Origin: Bugula neritina
Lineage: Eukaryota > Animalia > Bryozoa
DNA: 64,000 bases
Direction: 5' to 3'
Assembly (NCBI GenBank): GCA_964035545.1
Contig: OZ037772.1
Location: forward strand, 3,067,538-3,131,537
Position numbers and translations under genes: made by a program. Positions 26,623-38,547 of the stretch are shown here, piece by piece; within the stretch, counting starts at the first letter, position 1; each line of letters starts with the position of its first letter. A model generated the notes under the pieces. That model was not told the origin of the DNA and searched no databases. It saw only the letters and a program-made list of their open reading frames with translations.

Positions 26623-28829
26623 ATCACCCAGGGAGGCCCGCGCGTCTGTCGCCCCGCTGGGCGCCGCGCGGAGATGCTGTGAAGTGGCGACCCCCGCGGC
26701 AAGTAGGCTCAAGCCACTCGCCGCCTGGGTCCTCTACGCCACTCCGGCACCAACACGGAGCCGGCAGACGGTTGACCACAGAGCCTGCGAGGGAAACGGT
26801 ACAAGCGCCGCAAGGCGTACTGCCCCAACCTCGGCAGCTGGTCAATAGTCGCCGCCAACCGTGGACCCCTCGACCCACAGCGAGGGAGGTGCAACCACGG
26901 CACACTCAATTGCAGCCGCACGGAAGTAGCTACTTCCTGCCAGGGAAGTTAGCCGGCAAGCCTGCCAACTTCCTCCTGGACTCCGGCTGCACCACCAACC
27001 TCCTTAGCCGTCAGTTCTTTGACACCCTCAGCGCTAAGGTCAAGGACAGGTTGGCACCGTACGAGGGGGATCATGGCACCTTGGCAGACGGGTCGTGCAT
27101 TCCCTTCTACGGCATTATTGAGCTAACTGGTTACGTCCGTAACCAGGCCATCCAGGAGACGTTTATCGTCGGGCAGCTCAACGAGGATGCTATCCTCGGG
27201 ATGCCATTCTTACAACGACACGGTTGTCGCATCGATTTCAGTAAATCTGCGATAATCATGGGCGACAAGGAGCTCGCTTGTGTCGATAAGTTTGGTCGTC
27301 CTCTAGCGGGAGCAGTGCAGGTAGTACGGAGCTGTACTATACCAGGCCTCTCCCGGGCTACCGTCCGCTGCAAGGTAGACGGTGGCCAAACCTCTAAGTT
27401 GGGAGTTGTCGAAAGTACGCACTCGAGAGTCCAACTTGCCCGTAGTTTTAGCCGGCTCACAGGGCAAGGAGAGATCTCAGTGCAGTGTGTCAACCCCTTC
27501 TCAGAGACAGTAGACCTACCACCCAGATCCATGCTGGGTCGCTTCCATCCTGTCCAGGAGGAAGCCATTGGGCCGTCGTCGGGAGCTACGACGGAAGGTC
27601 CTCAACAGAGCCCGTCTCAAGGGCGGAGGACCGTCCCAACCCACGCCTCCCCCCCTCCAGGGACGCGTGGCTGCACAGGCAACGGGAAGCGCCAGGCTAT
27701 GGCTAGGTTGCCACATGGGTACAGTGAGGCGTTCAGCCACACAGACCACGGAGCCCGCCTAAATAGAGCAGGCTGCCGTGAGGTACCGCGGGCGGCGAGG
27801 ACCGCCCCTGCTCAGCCACTTCAACAGAGGGCTGACACGCCCCCGGAGGCTGCCCAGAGCCTCCGCGCCAAACCTGTATGGGCTGGTAACGTTAGGGAGC
27901 TGCCGAAACTCCAGGAATGCCTTCCTGGGGTGGTAGCCGACGTGTACCGAGCGAAACAGGAGGGGCGACGACCCAGTAGTACACAACGGCGACAGGGATG
28001 CGCCGAGTTACGGCTGTACTGTCAACGTTGGAGCTCTCTGCGGGTCGGGCCAGATGGTCTGCTAACCATGACCTTGGCCACCAACAGCAGACAGCCAGCC
28101 AGGAAGAGGGTTGTCTGCCCAGTTGCCATCCGCCGGAAGTTGATACAAGACACTCACGAGGAGACTCACGGAGGAGTCCAAGGGGTGGTCACCAAGCTAC
28201 AACTCCGGTGGTACTGGCCTAACATGGAACGGGATATCCGACGCAGAGTGAGACGGTGCAAAGTCTGCCAGACCAACAAGCATAGCCGTCTCCCTGGTGA
28301 AGCGGGGCGGCAGACGCATTGTGCGAGAAGGTCTCGGCAGGCGGAGACTGTCAACCTGGCCGGAAACACCTCCATGACACGTCAGGAAGACTTGGCGAGG
28401 CGAGAAAGGCCACTTCCGTCCTTGAAAGTGCGCCCACCGCCCCCAACGTCAAGCCTGCCATCATCACCACTTCCGGAACCAGAAACAGGTCCGGAAGTGC
28501 AAAAACCCCCCGTGGGAGGGGCTCCGCAAGGAGATGCCAACATAGGACTAACACCACACACTAGGCAACTTCCAGCGTGTCTCAAAGACTGTGTACGTGA
28601 CCGCGGTATAAGCGGCAGTAACAAAAGTCTAGAGAGGCCTCGCGTGGGAAAACAGGCAAAGAGCCGTGGGAGTTGTGATCACCACGAGAATCTCAACTTT
28701 TGCCTCGGCGGAATCTCACACGAGATTCATCCGCTGGAAGTGAAAAGCCCTAGTCACGTTTCACAACCACGCTGTCCGGTCTTTTCCTATGTTGATGCAG
28801 TCGAGAGTAGACGTGCCAGTAAACAGTAA
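26571..28829 (+). CDS. pol: Internally deleted Pol: Pro/Arg-rich linker, aspartic protease, degenerate pre-RT stub, integrase H2C2 zinc-binding domain; no RT, RNase H or DDE core
   Basis: FLLDSGCTTNLL..AILGMPFL protease; THEETHGG..WYWPNM..CKVCQ; no LPFG/YxDD motif; start of rve degenerate (AETVNLAG). Confidence 0.9.
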   Translation, partial: VKLPRPADVPTSCGPSVNHPGRPARLSPRWAPRGDAVKWRPPRQVGSSHSPPGSSTPLRHQHGAGRRLTTEPARETVQAPQGVLPQPRQLVNSRRQPWTPRPTAREVQPRHTQLQPHGSSYFLPGKLAGKPANFLLDSGCTTNLLSRQFFDTLSAKVKDRLAPYEGDHGTLADGSCIPFYGIIELTGYVRNQAIQETFIVGQLNEDAILGMPFLQRHGCRIDFSKSAIIMGDKELACVDKFGRPLAGAVQVVRSCTIPGLSRATVRCKVDGGQTSKLGVVESTHSRVQLARSFSRLTGQGEISVQCVNPFSETVDLPPRSMLGRFHPVQEEAIGPSSGATTEGPQQSPSQGRRTVPTHASPPPGTRGCTGNGKRQAMARLPHGYSEAFSHTDHGARLNRAGCREVPRAARTAPAQPLQQRADTPPEAAQSLRAKPVWAGNVRELPKLQECLPGVVADVYRAKQEGRRPSSTQRRQGCAELRLYCQRWSSLRVGPDGLLTMTLATNSRQPARKRVVCPVAIRRKLIQDTHEETHGGVQGVVTKLQLRWYWPNMERDIRRRVRRCKVCQTNKHSRLPGEAGRQTHCARRSRQAETVNLAGNTSMTRQEDLARRERPLPSLKVRPPPPTSSLPSSPLPEPETGPEVQKPPVGGAPQGDANIGLTPHTRQLPACLKDCVRDRGISGSNKSLERPRVGKQAKSRGSCDHHENLNFCLGGISHEIHPLEVKSPSHVSQPRCPVFSYVDAVESRRASKQ

Positions 28830-28852
28830 TCAGATACCACTTTCATTCCAAA

Positions 28853-29900
28853 ATGTCTTACTATTCTGGATCGAAGGGTGAGTTAATTATGTTTTTGGTA
28901 CGATAACTAGACTGCATCAGTCAGCTACACTAGCTAGCTGGAGATTCGATAATGATAAACAGTGGTGGGAATACACGTCGACTTTGATTTTAAATAATCT
29001 ATCATAGCGAGTGTGTTCTCCATCAACTATTCATTAGCCTGAATCTCACGAGTGTAACTGAACAGAGTACCGGTCAGGCTGTACACGCCGACGGTGCCTC
29101 AGTGTATAATCTTTAACACTGCTACTCTTTCAGATCACACTCGAGTGACCACCTCCCGGTCACGGGACCAGCCAACCTCTCTGTCTATGGAAGAAGAGCC
29201 TGTAATGGAGAATGGCATACCAGTAGTACTCCGCCGACGACACCGTTGGGTGTCACCCATGACAGAGAGGAGAATTGAAGAAGCCTGGGGACCCAGTGGA
29301 CCACACCGAACCTGCCAGGTCTGCTTTGAGGAGTGCCCGTCGCACCGCTCCTTGCGTTTACATGTAGATGCCCATTTCCTACTCCACTTCTGTCCCTGCG
29401 GGTTCCACGACGTCTACCCGTATCCCGTGACAGTACATAAGCTAAGCTGCTTCGCCGGAGAGAACCACACTGTTGATGAAGACAGTTTCCCCCTATACCT
29501 GGATGCCATCAAGCCAGTCATCAGGAAGGCTATTACCCTGGCCGCACTAACGTCAGGGTTTCACGTACTGTTACTATCTGCCCGCCATAAGTCCCCTATG
29601 GTTCAGGGCCCACCTCCTACCCCCGTCAACCCTAGCAACACCCCAGAAGTAGAAGAAACAACCATATCCCGTATAACGGAGACCCCTATAACCCCACCAA
29701 GACCTAGCCAGCTGGCTAACGTAGAAGAGCGGCTTCTAAGACTGCAAGCCGAGTTCACACAACTTGCCCCTGACTTGCTGGATACGACGACAGGTCTATA
29801 CCAGTTGAAGGACTCAGTGGGACGACTGAAGAGGCGGCTACGGGCCCGACAGGCTCGACACAGAGCACGGTCGCTACAAGAAGCAGAGTCCAACCAATGA
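28853..29900 (+). CDS. Accessory ORF3: putative spliced gene (exon 1 28853-28877, exon 2 29134-29900) encoding a C2H2-like zinc finger and a C-terminal coiled coil with basic tail
   Basis: aaATG MSYYSGSK, G|GTGAGT donor, ..TCTTTCAG| acceptor, phase 1 joins in frame; CQVC-x12-H-x3-H and CPCG..H..C; LANVEERLLRLQAEF..LKDSVGRLKRRLRAR heptads. An unspliced alternative start is ATG 29187. Confidence 0.78.
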
Positions 29901-30179
29901 GAATGCCTGGGGTAGGCACCTTCGTTGAGCTATAGCTCGTTTAGGATGTGACGAGCGCTCCGACATTGGCCCGCGTGCTGGTAAGCACCCTCTCTCTTAA
30001 TAGCTGACTAGATGTGTGTGATCGATCACCCTGTTGTCTTCTAATGTAAACGTTGTCGTGTTTAACTATTTCTTTTCTTACTCTTTGTGGGTTTACTTAT
30101 GAATATTTCCTTTTTGGATTATTGTATGGTTTTTCATTATGTTTTTTTATTGTGTTATCAGAAAGTAGGGCTTTCTGCT

Positions 30180-30190
30180 GGGGGGGACGG
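30180..30190 (+). promoter_or_regulatory. Polypurine tract
   Basis: GGGGGGGACGG directly before the 3' LTR. Confidence 0.85.
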
Positions 30191-30541
30191 TGTAGTGAGT
30201 AGTGCAAGTACAAATACAGGAATCGCCCTCTCCCTACTCTTGGAATACTTAGACTCTTATGTAGCAACCAATTAGCAGCTCCGGAAGATATGCTTCCGAG
30301 TCACGTGACATTTCCCGGGTTATTAACATTATATCACGTTGTTGTAAGCGGAGGCTTGTAGTAGTAACATGTGTTAGTAGTGGACTCTTGTATAGGATAA
30401 TTGATGTGATGTTTGGTTTATGCTTTATTGTGAATAATAAATACACTTACTCGACAGCTACCTTAGTAATTGATAACAGAATAACCAGCTAACTATACGC
30501 AAGTAAATAACTCACGCTCAGTAATTGCGCAAATTACTACA
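30191..30541 (+). repeat. 3' LTR (351 bp)
   Basis: TGTAGT...ACTACA, followed by the TSD GTAC. Confidence 0.97.
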
Positions 30542-30672
30542 GTACTTTAATAAGTTTTACTTTAAATTTATTTCTCAAACCAGCATGTCAGTTAAATATA
30601 AAAGTACAATCACACATACAACATGTAGACATGTAGTGATATACATTATAAAACATATTATGTTGGTGAAAC

Positions 30673-32222
30673 GTTATACAGTATATTATGTTATACAGTA
30701 TACTATGCTATACAGTATACTATGTTATACAGTATATTATGTTATACAGTATACTATGTTATACAGTATACTATGTTATACAGTATATTATGTTATACAG
30801 TATACTATGTTATACAGTATATTATGTTATACAGTATATTGTGTTATACAGTATTTTATGTTATACAGTATACTATGTTATACAGTATACTATGTTATAC
30901 AGTATATTATGTTATACATTATACTATGTTATACAGTATATTATGTTATACAGTATATTATGTTATACAGTATATTATGTTATACAGTATAGTATGCTAT
31001 ACAGTATAGTATGTTATACAGTATAGTATGTTATACAGTATACTATGTTATACAGTATATTATGTTATACAGTATATTATGTTATACAGTATATTATGCT
31101 ATACAGTATATTATGCTATACAGTATAGTATGTTATACAGTATAGTATGTTATACAGTATAGTATGTTATACAGTATATTATGTTATACAGCATATTATG
31201 TTATACAGTATTTTATGTTATACAGTATATTATGTTATACAGTATGATATGTTATACAGTGTATTATGTTATACAGTATACTATGTTATACAGTATACTA
31301 TGTTATACAGTATATTATGTTATACAGTATACTATGTTATACAGTATATTATGTTATACAGTATAATATGTTATACAGTGTATTATGTTATACAGTATAC
31401 TATGTTATACAGTATACTATGTTATACAGTATACTATGTCATACAGTATACTATGTTATACAGTATATTATGTTATACAGTATATTGTGTTATACAGTAT
31501 ATTATGTTATACAGTATACTATGTTATACAGTATACTATGCTATACAGTATATTATGTTATACAGTATACTATATTATACAGTATACTATGTTATACAGT
31601 ATATTATGTTATACAGTATACTATGTTATACAGTATATTATGTTATACAGTATATGGTGTTATACAGTATTTTATGTTATACAGTATACTATGTTATACA
31701 GTATACTATGTTATACAGTATATTATGTTATACATTATACTATGTTATACAGTATATTATGTTATACAGTATATTATGTTATACAGTATATTATGTTATA
31801 CATTATATTATGTTATACAGTATACTATGTTATACAGTATATGCTATGTTATACAGTATATGCTATGTTATGCAGTATATTATGTTATACAGTATACTAT
31901 GTTATACAGTATATTATGTTATACAGTATACTATGTTATACAGTATACTATGTTATACAGTATATTATGTTATACAGTATACTATGTTATACAGTATATT
32001 ATGTTATACAGTATATTATGTTATACAGTATACTATGTTATACAGTATATTATGTCATACAGTATATTATGTTATACAGTATATTATGTTATACAGTATA
32101 CTATGTTATACAGTATATGCTATGTTATACAGTATATGCTATGTTATACAGTATATTATGTTATACAGTATATTATGTTATACAGTATACTATATTTTAC
32201 AGTATATTTTGTCATGCAGTAT
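30673..32222. repeat. 17-bp satellite (TATGTTATACAGTATAY)n, ~90 copies
   Basis: Tandem array; the long Y/I/V-rich ORFs are artefacts. Confidence 0.98.
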
Positions 32223-33465
32223 ACAATCATTCACCACCATGTCAGTCAAATAATATAATATAAAGTATATTATGTATAGCAACAGCTGGGCTGTGGTGAA
32301 ACTCTACCAGTCTAAATTCTTACATGCAGACATGCATATTTAATTAATTCAAACATTTTAAAAATGAACTTAAAACTCAAGAATTTAAAATATGAAACAA
32401 AATAATGTGTCCTATAAAAATAGCACAGCTTCTTAGAAGCAAGTATTTTACACTTGAACATGCAGAATTTGTACAGCTTATAATGATGACATTGTTGAAT
32501 TGATACACACCTCTGATTGGATGAGTTTTACATAATAAAACAATTGTTCATCACTTTTATTATTAGTCTAAGGTTGACAATAATTTACACTGTTATAGTT
32601 ATTGGTTGTAAACTGATTAATTCATCATTAAGTACTTGTTTGCTGCTGCCTGGTTTATCACTGCTCATCATGATTTTAATAACAAGGAAATTATCTTCTC
32701 CTGTTGTCTCCAGGTGCTACTGTATTTGACAGGTTTCCCTGTTATTAAAGTAATTTTATACTGTTACTGATGACATCCACAAATACTTGTGTAGGGAAAC
32801 AATTGACCTTTTTCTACAACAGGAAAAGAATTGGTAAGACACGTACTAATAATATTACATACTTTATTTCATCAATTCACTTATCCTTAATCTAATTGAT
32901 TAAAAGCTATTTGCATGTAGGCTATTTTATAAATTGTTCTTAAAACTAATTTGGGTGTACCTATACAATACTAGGTTTATATGACTGTAGTATATTGCTG
33001 AGTGCACATGGGCAGTGTCAATAATTATAGTTACTGTAGACTTTGCTCTTAGTGATCTGGTTGGAATAATTTACAGTCCAGTTCTTCGTGATGGAAAATT
33101 TTTATCTGCGGAGCAACTCTAATTGAGAAACTGTTATCTAAAGTTTGTTACTTCAAGTACTATAAAAATATTATTAGCAGCTTGACATTTGTTATCATTA
33201 AGGAGTGTTAAATATAAATATAATACTTGAGATAAACATTCTCATGTGATATACTGCAACCTAAAGTTATATCATATGACTTGACTATCTCTACTAGAGT
33301 TAGGGTGGGTCACCTGACAGCCCACACATATCCATACACTACAACACATACTGTAGGAACACTGGCACAGCTGAGGCTAGGCTGACTAATAAGTATGGAG
33401 TAGTTGACCCAGCAGTTAGATACTTTGTTATAGAGACTTTAACTTTCTAGTAGTAGAAATAAAAG

Positions 33466-33867
33466 CAAGAGTGTCCAACCTTTTCAGAGCGAGGGCCACT
33501 GCATGAAAGCAATTAATACTTCATGACGAAGGCCATATTGGACACGTTAGCTTGCTCTGATAGCCACAGCATCAGCATTTTTAAATTTACTTTATTCCAA
33601 ATTCCTATAAATCGCTACACAATAAAGTTCCAATAGTTACTGTTTTATAGCATGTGTATAAGTAAGACATTAGAAAGATAGCTTCTCACTCTAATCCATG
33701 TATACATGTGAAATATTGTTTTAGTTTTTTGCCTTTGAGGGCCACATATAAATGTAGGTTGGGGGCCACTTAAATGTAGGCTGGGAGCCACATAAATGTA
33801 GGCTGGGGGCCACATAAATGTAGGCTGGGGGCCACATCCGGCCTGGGCCGCCTGTTGAAAAGCCCTG
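33466..33867. mobile_element. Old hAT-like MITE with internal 22-bp repeats (GGGGGCCACATAAATGTAGGCT)
   Basis: Ends CAAGAGTGTCCAAC...GTTGAAAAGCCCTG resemble degenerate hAT TIRs; TSD not conserved. Confidence 0.55.
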
Positions 33868-34509
33868 CTTTAAATAGTTGGTATATAAGTATGCCAGTGA
33901 CCTAAAATTTAATGGTCACTCTAGTGTTACTCTACACTTAACACAATTCAAATATTGTATATAATAATCTACTATACTCCATTAGTATAGTATAGTAATT
34001 GTAACCACCTGCAGGATGGTCACATGACCACTGCTACTTCTCAGACAGTTCACTAAATGACAGAATGAGAAGAATGATGGCTGATCAGATGTATAATAAC
34101 ATAGTTTATCAGTTCACTTGAAGTCTTAAATTATTTTTGTTGAAAGTTAGTTGCTTGCATTTTAAAACTTGTTAATAAAACTATTATAACTATACAATAG
34201 TAGGTTTATATGTGACTGCAATGGAATATTTACAATGAAATTTACAGTCCAGTTCTTCGTGATGGAAATTTTTTATCTGCAGAAGAGCTCTAACTGAAAA
34301 ACTGTTATCTAAAGTTTGTTACTTAAAGTACTATACAAATATTATTAGCAGCTTGACATCTGTTATCATTAAGGAGTGTTTAACATAAATATAATACTTG
34401 AGATAAACATTCTCATGTGATATACTGCAACCTAAAGTTATATCATATGACTTGACTATCTCTACTAGAGTTAGGGTGGGTCACCTGACAGCCCACACAT
34501 ATCTACACT

Positions 34510-35543
34510 GGTGTCAGGTGATAATGGTACAATTGGCAAAATAGGTAAAACTATATAGCACATTTTTAATATTAAGGTTTGAGGCAGGTTAAGTAGTTAA
34601 GAAGGAGTTAAGGTTTGAGAATGAGGTTCTTAGTTTGGGGTTTGGGTTTTGAGTTTGTGGTTTACCCTCCTAATTACGCTTAACGTATTGTACGCCATAA
34701 CAGCAAATTTCAGCCATTCCTGGTATAAGTTGCAGCGTTAATCAAGCACTGCTTGGCTCAAAAAATCACACCAGGCAGAGTTGATATGGTACTATAAAAT
34801 TTAAAAAATACTTTCCGCTGGTTTGTTTTAATCGCTTATTGTTGATTTAATTTAATAAATTCAAAAGTTTCAAAGGTATAAAATATCTTTTTCCCCTTGC
34901 TTAAATTAAATTCAGCTTAAAAATGTAGATTTCACTAATTACTAAAGTATGCAAACCAACAATGTAAAAATTAATTGGACAGCTTAAATATTTTTCTTAT
35001 TCAAATTAGTTTGCACAATTATATATTTAATGGACACATATATTTAAAGGAGAGGTTTCTTTTTTTAAATGCTTTTATCTAGTCAATAACATTAATATCA
35101 CATTTTTTGAAAATAATTTTGCAATAATTTGTAAATAACATTCAAAGGAGTACAAGTAACCGCAGACAAGAATTAACCTTATTATGATTGGTCATAGCTC
35201 AACGTCATGCGTTGTACTTTTCTCAGTGTGTGACGCATGCCGAACAAACGTAACAGCAGGGCAATTTTATGTTTACCGTATGGTAAATGTGAATAAGGGG
35301 TTAGAGTTGAGGGTTTGAGTTTGGAGTTTAAGAAAACTTATAAACACCAGTAAGCCATTTTTTCCTGCTAGGCTTTTTCCATTTGTGCCCTTGATACCAG
35401 AACCATTATTACCTGCGTGCCATTCTACCTGCGTGCCATTTTATTTGTGCCATTTTATACCTGTGCCATTTTACCTGTGCCATTATTACTTGTGCCATTA
35501 TTATACCTGTGCCATTTTCCCTCTGCCATTATTACCTAAAATC
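34510..35543. mobile_element. MULE-like MITE with GGGTTT/GAGTTT and TGTGCCATT subterminal repeats
   Basis: Interrupts copy 2 of the triplicated segment; imperfect TIR (AGGTGATAATGG / CCATTATTACCT); 9-bp near-TSD ATCTACACT/AACTACACT. Confidence 0.7.
34665..35300. mobile_element. Harbinger-like MITE nested in the MULE-like element
   Basis: TTA flanks; ends CCCTCCTAATTACGCTTA../..GTAAATGTGAATAAGGGG; a homologous left end lies at 51994-52110. Confidence 0.65.
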
Positions 35544-36473
35544 AACTACACTACATCACATGCTGTAGGAACACTATGGCACTCTAATTGAAAAATTGTT
35601 ATCTAAAGTTTGTTACTTCAAGTACTATACAAATATTATTAGTAACTTGACATTTCTTATCCCTAAGGAGTGTTTAACATAAATATAATACTTGAGATAA
35701 ACATTCTCATGTGATATAATGTAGCCTGAAGTTATATCATATGACTTGACTATTTCTACTAGAGTTAGGGTGGGTCACCCCACAGCCCACACATACAACT
35801 ACACTATACACCACATACTGTAGGAACACTGGCACAGCTGAGGCTAGGCTGACTAATAAGTATGGAATAGTTGACCCAGCAGCTATATACTTTGTTATAG
35901 AAACTCTAACTTTCTAGTATTAGAATATAAATAATTCTCTAAAGAGTTGGTATATCAGAAAGAGAGTCACTCAACACCAATTAACTTGGTTGTCTCAATC
36001 AGAGCTGGTCTCTGTGTAGTTCAGTTTGTTTTAAAGGTTCTCTGAAGCTTCCCCAGTCTTTATGAGCTCTCTTTAGATATATACAATAGTTTTAATACAA
36101 TACAAAGACAATTATTGTTAACACATGTCAAGTAATACAACAGGAATAAGGCCTCTCTGGTAGTTATTTGAATATCTACAAGAAGTATAACTAAATATAC
36201 AATAATAACTACATATCTAGAAACATGCAGAATATTATACTTGAATAAATCTCTTGTAACAAAGTATTGTTACATAACTGGAAAATAGAGAAACTATATT
36301 TCACAATTCAGAACACAATCTGCAATCAGCATTCAGTGCTGAAATTAAGCAAAAGCGATGACAGTTGTTATATGAATATAATAATATCATGATGTAAATA
36401 ATGATAATGATATTATATTCATATACCAAATGTCATTGCAGTTCCCTAAGCCAAGCATAACTGGTTATTGTAT

Positions 36474-36580
36474 GTCACGTGACTCAACAAATACACGCCC
36501 CTTCCGTTGTAACATTATAACGTCATTGAACACAGTCATTCACACGTTGACTGAAGGGGGCTACACACTGATAACTCGGA
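36474..36580 (+). promoter_or_regulatory. Candidate promoter and first non-coding exon of the TRIM-like gene
   Basis: Palindromic GTCACGTGAC, CGCCCCTTCCG and local CpGs, then a GAG|GTTAGT donor at ~36581. Confidence 0.4.
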
Positions 36581-38547
36581 GGTTAGTATAACATTTATAG
36601 ACTTGGTTTATCAATAGTCGGCAATCAGTATAAGTATTACATTTACTACATTACTATAACTATTAGAATTAGATTCAGTGTTGCAATCAGTTTTAATACC
36701 ACGCTCGCTACCATCATCATTAAATTTATTTAAAATGATTATCTTAACAAGTTATACTTATAGTAGGTTTATTAATATTATTATTTATAACCAGTGAGTC
36801 ACTTATCTTTACTTTGTGAATTTATAATTGTAACACTGAATAGCATTATCATCATTATAATTATAGTAATAATTATAATTATAATTGCAAGTTTTTAAAT
36901 TAATGTTACACTTACTCGATTTGAATATCAGAATATCTTACCACTGGCACTAGTCAGTTATTAATGACAGTGCATAGTGATCACTGCATGTGAGACATTG
37001 TCATACCCTGCACATTCCAATGCACTGCCCTTCTGTATTCATTGTGAATAGCATATTTAGTTGGCTTATATTATTTTACTCAGCTTTGATTATACAACTA
37101 ACATGTAGTGCACTGCTCTAATTTATGTAACAACACTAGTTGCTGCTATCTTTACCTCTAAATTTATATCATTTAAAAAACTAACATATTTACATGATAG
37201 GTATTAAAATTAAAGTTACATAATTGGAATTGACTATTCTATAGATTACTGAGAATATAAGGTTAGCCACATTTATATGATGTTGTAGACATAAAATATG
37301 AGGTTAGTGTTAATAAATCATTTGCTAGGTAAGAGTGTAGAATAAATAATTGGCTAGAGATGAGTGTAGAAGCTGCCAACTCATGAAACAACTACACCTG
37401 ACCTAACAGAGGTACAAACATGTTAAATTAGTTTGTTTCACACCACCATAGTTTCTATTAGATGATTAGAATAGCAAACTAGCAATTGATGGCATGTTTC
37501 CTGACAGATGGAAGGGTGACTCTAAGTAACATATTAAATCATGCATCACCAACACTGCAGAAATGTTAAAATGAGTTTTGTCATGTAGATTATCAAGGAA
37601 ACAAAGAATTTCCAACACCCAGCACAAAATATTTCATAGAACTATGTTTTCTCACACTGCTATGTTCCCCCTGTTTAGTTTCTCACTCATGCTATACACT
37701 CCTTGCTATGTAATAGTTCAAAGTACACCCTGGGAAGGAACAAAGTCTATCCTATGCTCAGGTGTAGACTCTGTCCCAGTAGTGTGTCAAAATACTCAGT
37801 TAGAAACACATTATTATTGGGAGTTCATGAAATATCCAGCTTATATAAGCAGCTGAGCCCAATTCTGCTGTTTGTTCATGAAATTTTTACATAACTCACT
37901 GGTATTCATGTTTCACTTCTCCTCTACATATTGATGGTCTGGTTATGACTTAGAACTTAATAGGCCAGTCTTTGGTTGGGAAACCTTCACAGATGTAGTG
38001 TAAAATATTATGCTAAGAGTATGTGTATCTTTTACAGGATTTCCTTATCATATAACCAAGATGGCAGAATCCAGAGTTGTGAAAAAGAGACTAAACAATT
38101 CGTATCGCTGTGGGTACTGCTCGCAGTACTTCAACAAACTTGAAGATCCCAGAACTCTGCCCTGTCTGCATGTGTACTGCATGAGATGTTTGAAGACTGA
38201 CATCGGTGGTAGGAAGGATCATATCAGATGTGCTTATTGTAGGTGAGTTACAGTACATAACACAATATATCATGTCATAGGCTTGCATATGATTTTCTCA
38301 CTATCATCTAGGAGTTGTCTGATCTGTGTCTATGAAAAGCAAACAATACTGTATATTCTATGTGAACTCTGGTTACTAACTTGTGGAGTGTGTGGATATC
38401 TTTTCATTAGGTAGAGAAAATAACTGTTATGTAGATTGCATCATCAGCTGTCCTCTCTTGTTGAATTGGGTATACTGTTGGATGTCATGGGATTGGGGTT
38501 GTCTCCTCATTATATTATTTTGTTCTCATACAGTACAGACTTGTTAG

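Larger units (their letters stand above)
24413..30541 (+). mobile_element. Ty3/Gypsy-type LTR retrotransposon, non-autonomous (RT/RNase H/IN-core-less), very recent insertion
   Basis: TG...CA LTRs at 24413-25636 (includes an 873-bp insertion) and 30191-30541; 4-bp TSD GTAC; PBS; PPT; gag followed by PR and IN zinc finger in Gypsy order. Confidence 0.96.
32940..35930. repeat. Locally triplicated 350-500 bp segment (~32940-33460, ~34175-34509 plus 35544-35580, ~35581-35930)
   Basis: Shared block CTCTAATTG..GTTATCTAAAGTTTGTTACTT..GAGTTAGGGTGGGTCACC..ACAGCCCACACATA occurs three times. Confidence 0.9.

Noticed and set aside
25632-28624. Antisense and alternate-frame ORFs inside the LTR element
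   Set aside because: They are short, motif-less and expected in GC-rich coding sequence.
29094-29900. env gene
   Set aside because: No signal peptide or transmembrane helix; zinc-finger and coiled-coil features instead.
30525-32263. Long ORFs (up to 368 aa) rich in Y/I/V/C
   Set aside because: They are translations of a 17-bp satellite lacking stops in some frames; the same applies to ORFs at 15598, 20674-21140 and 47722.
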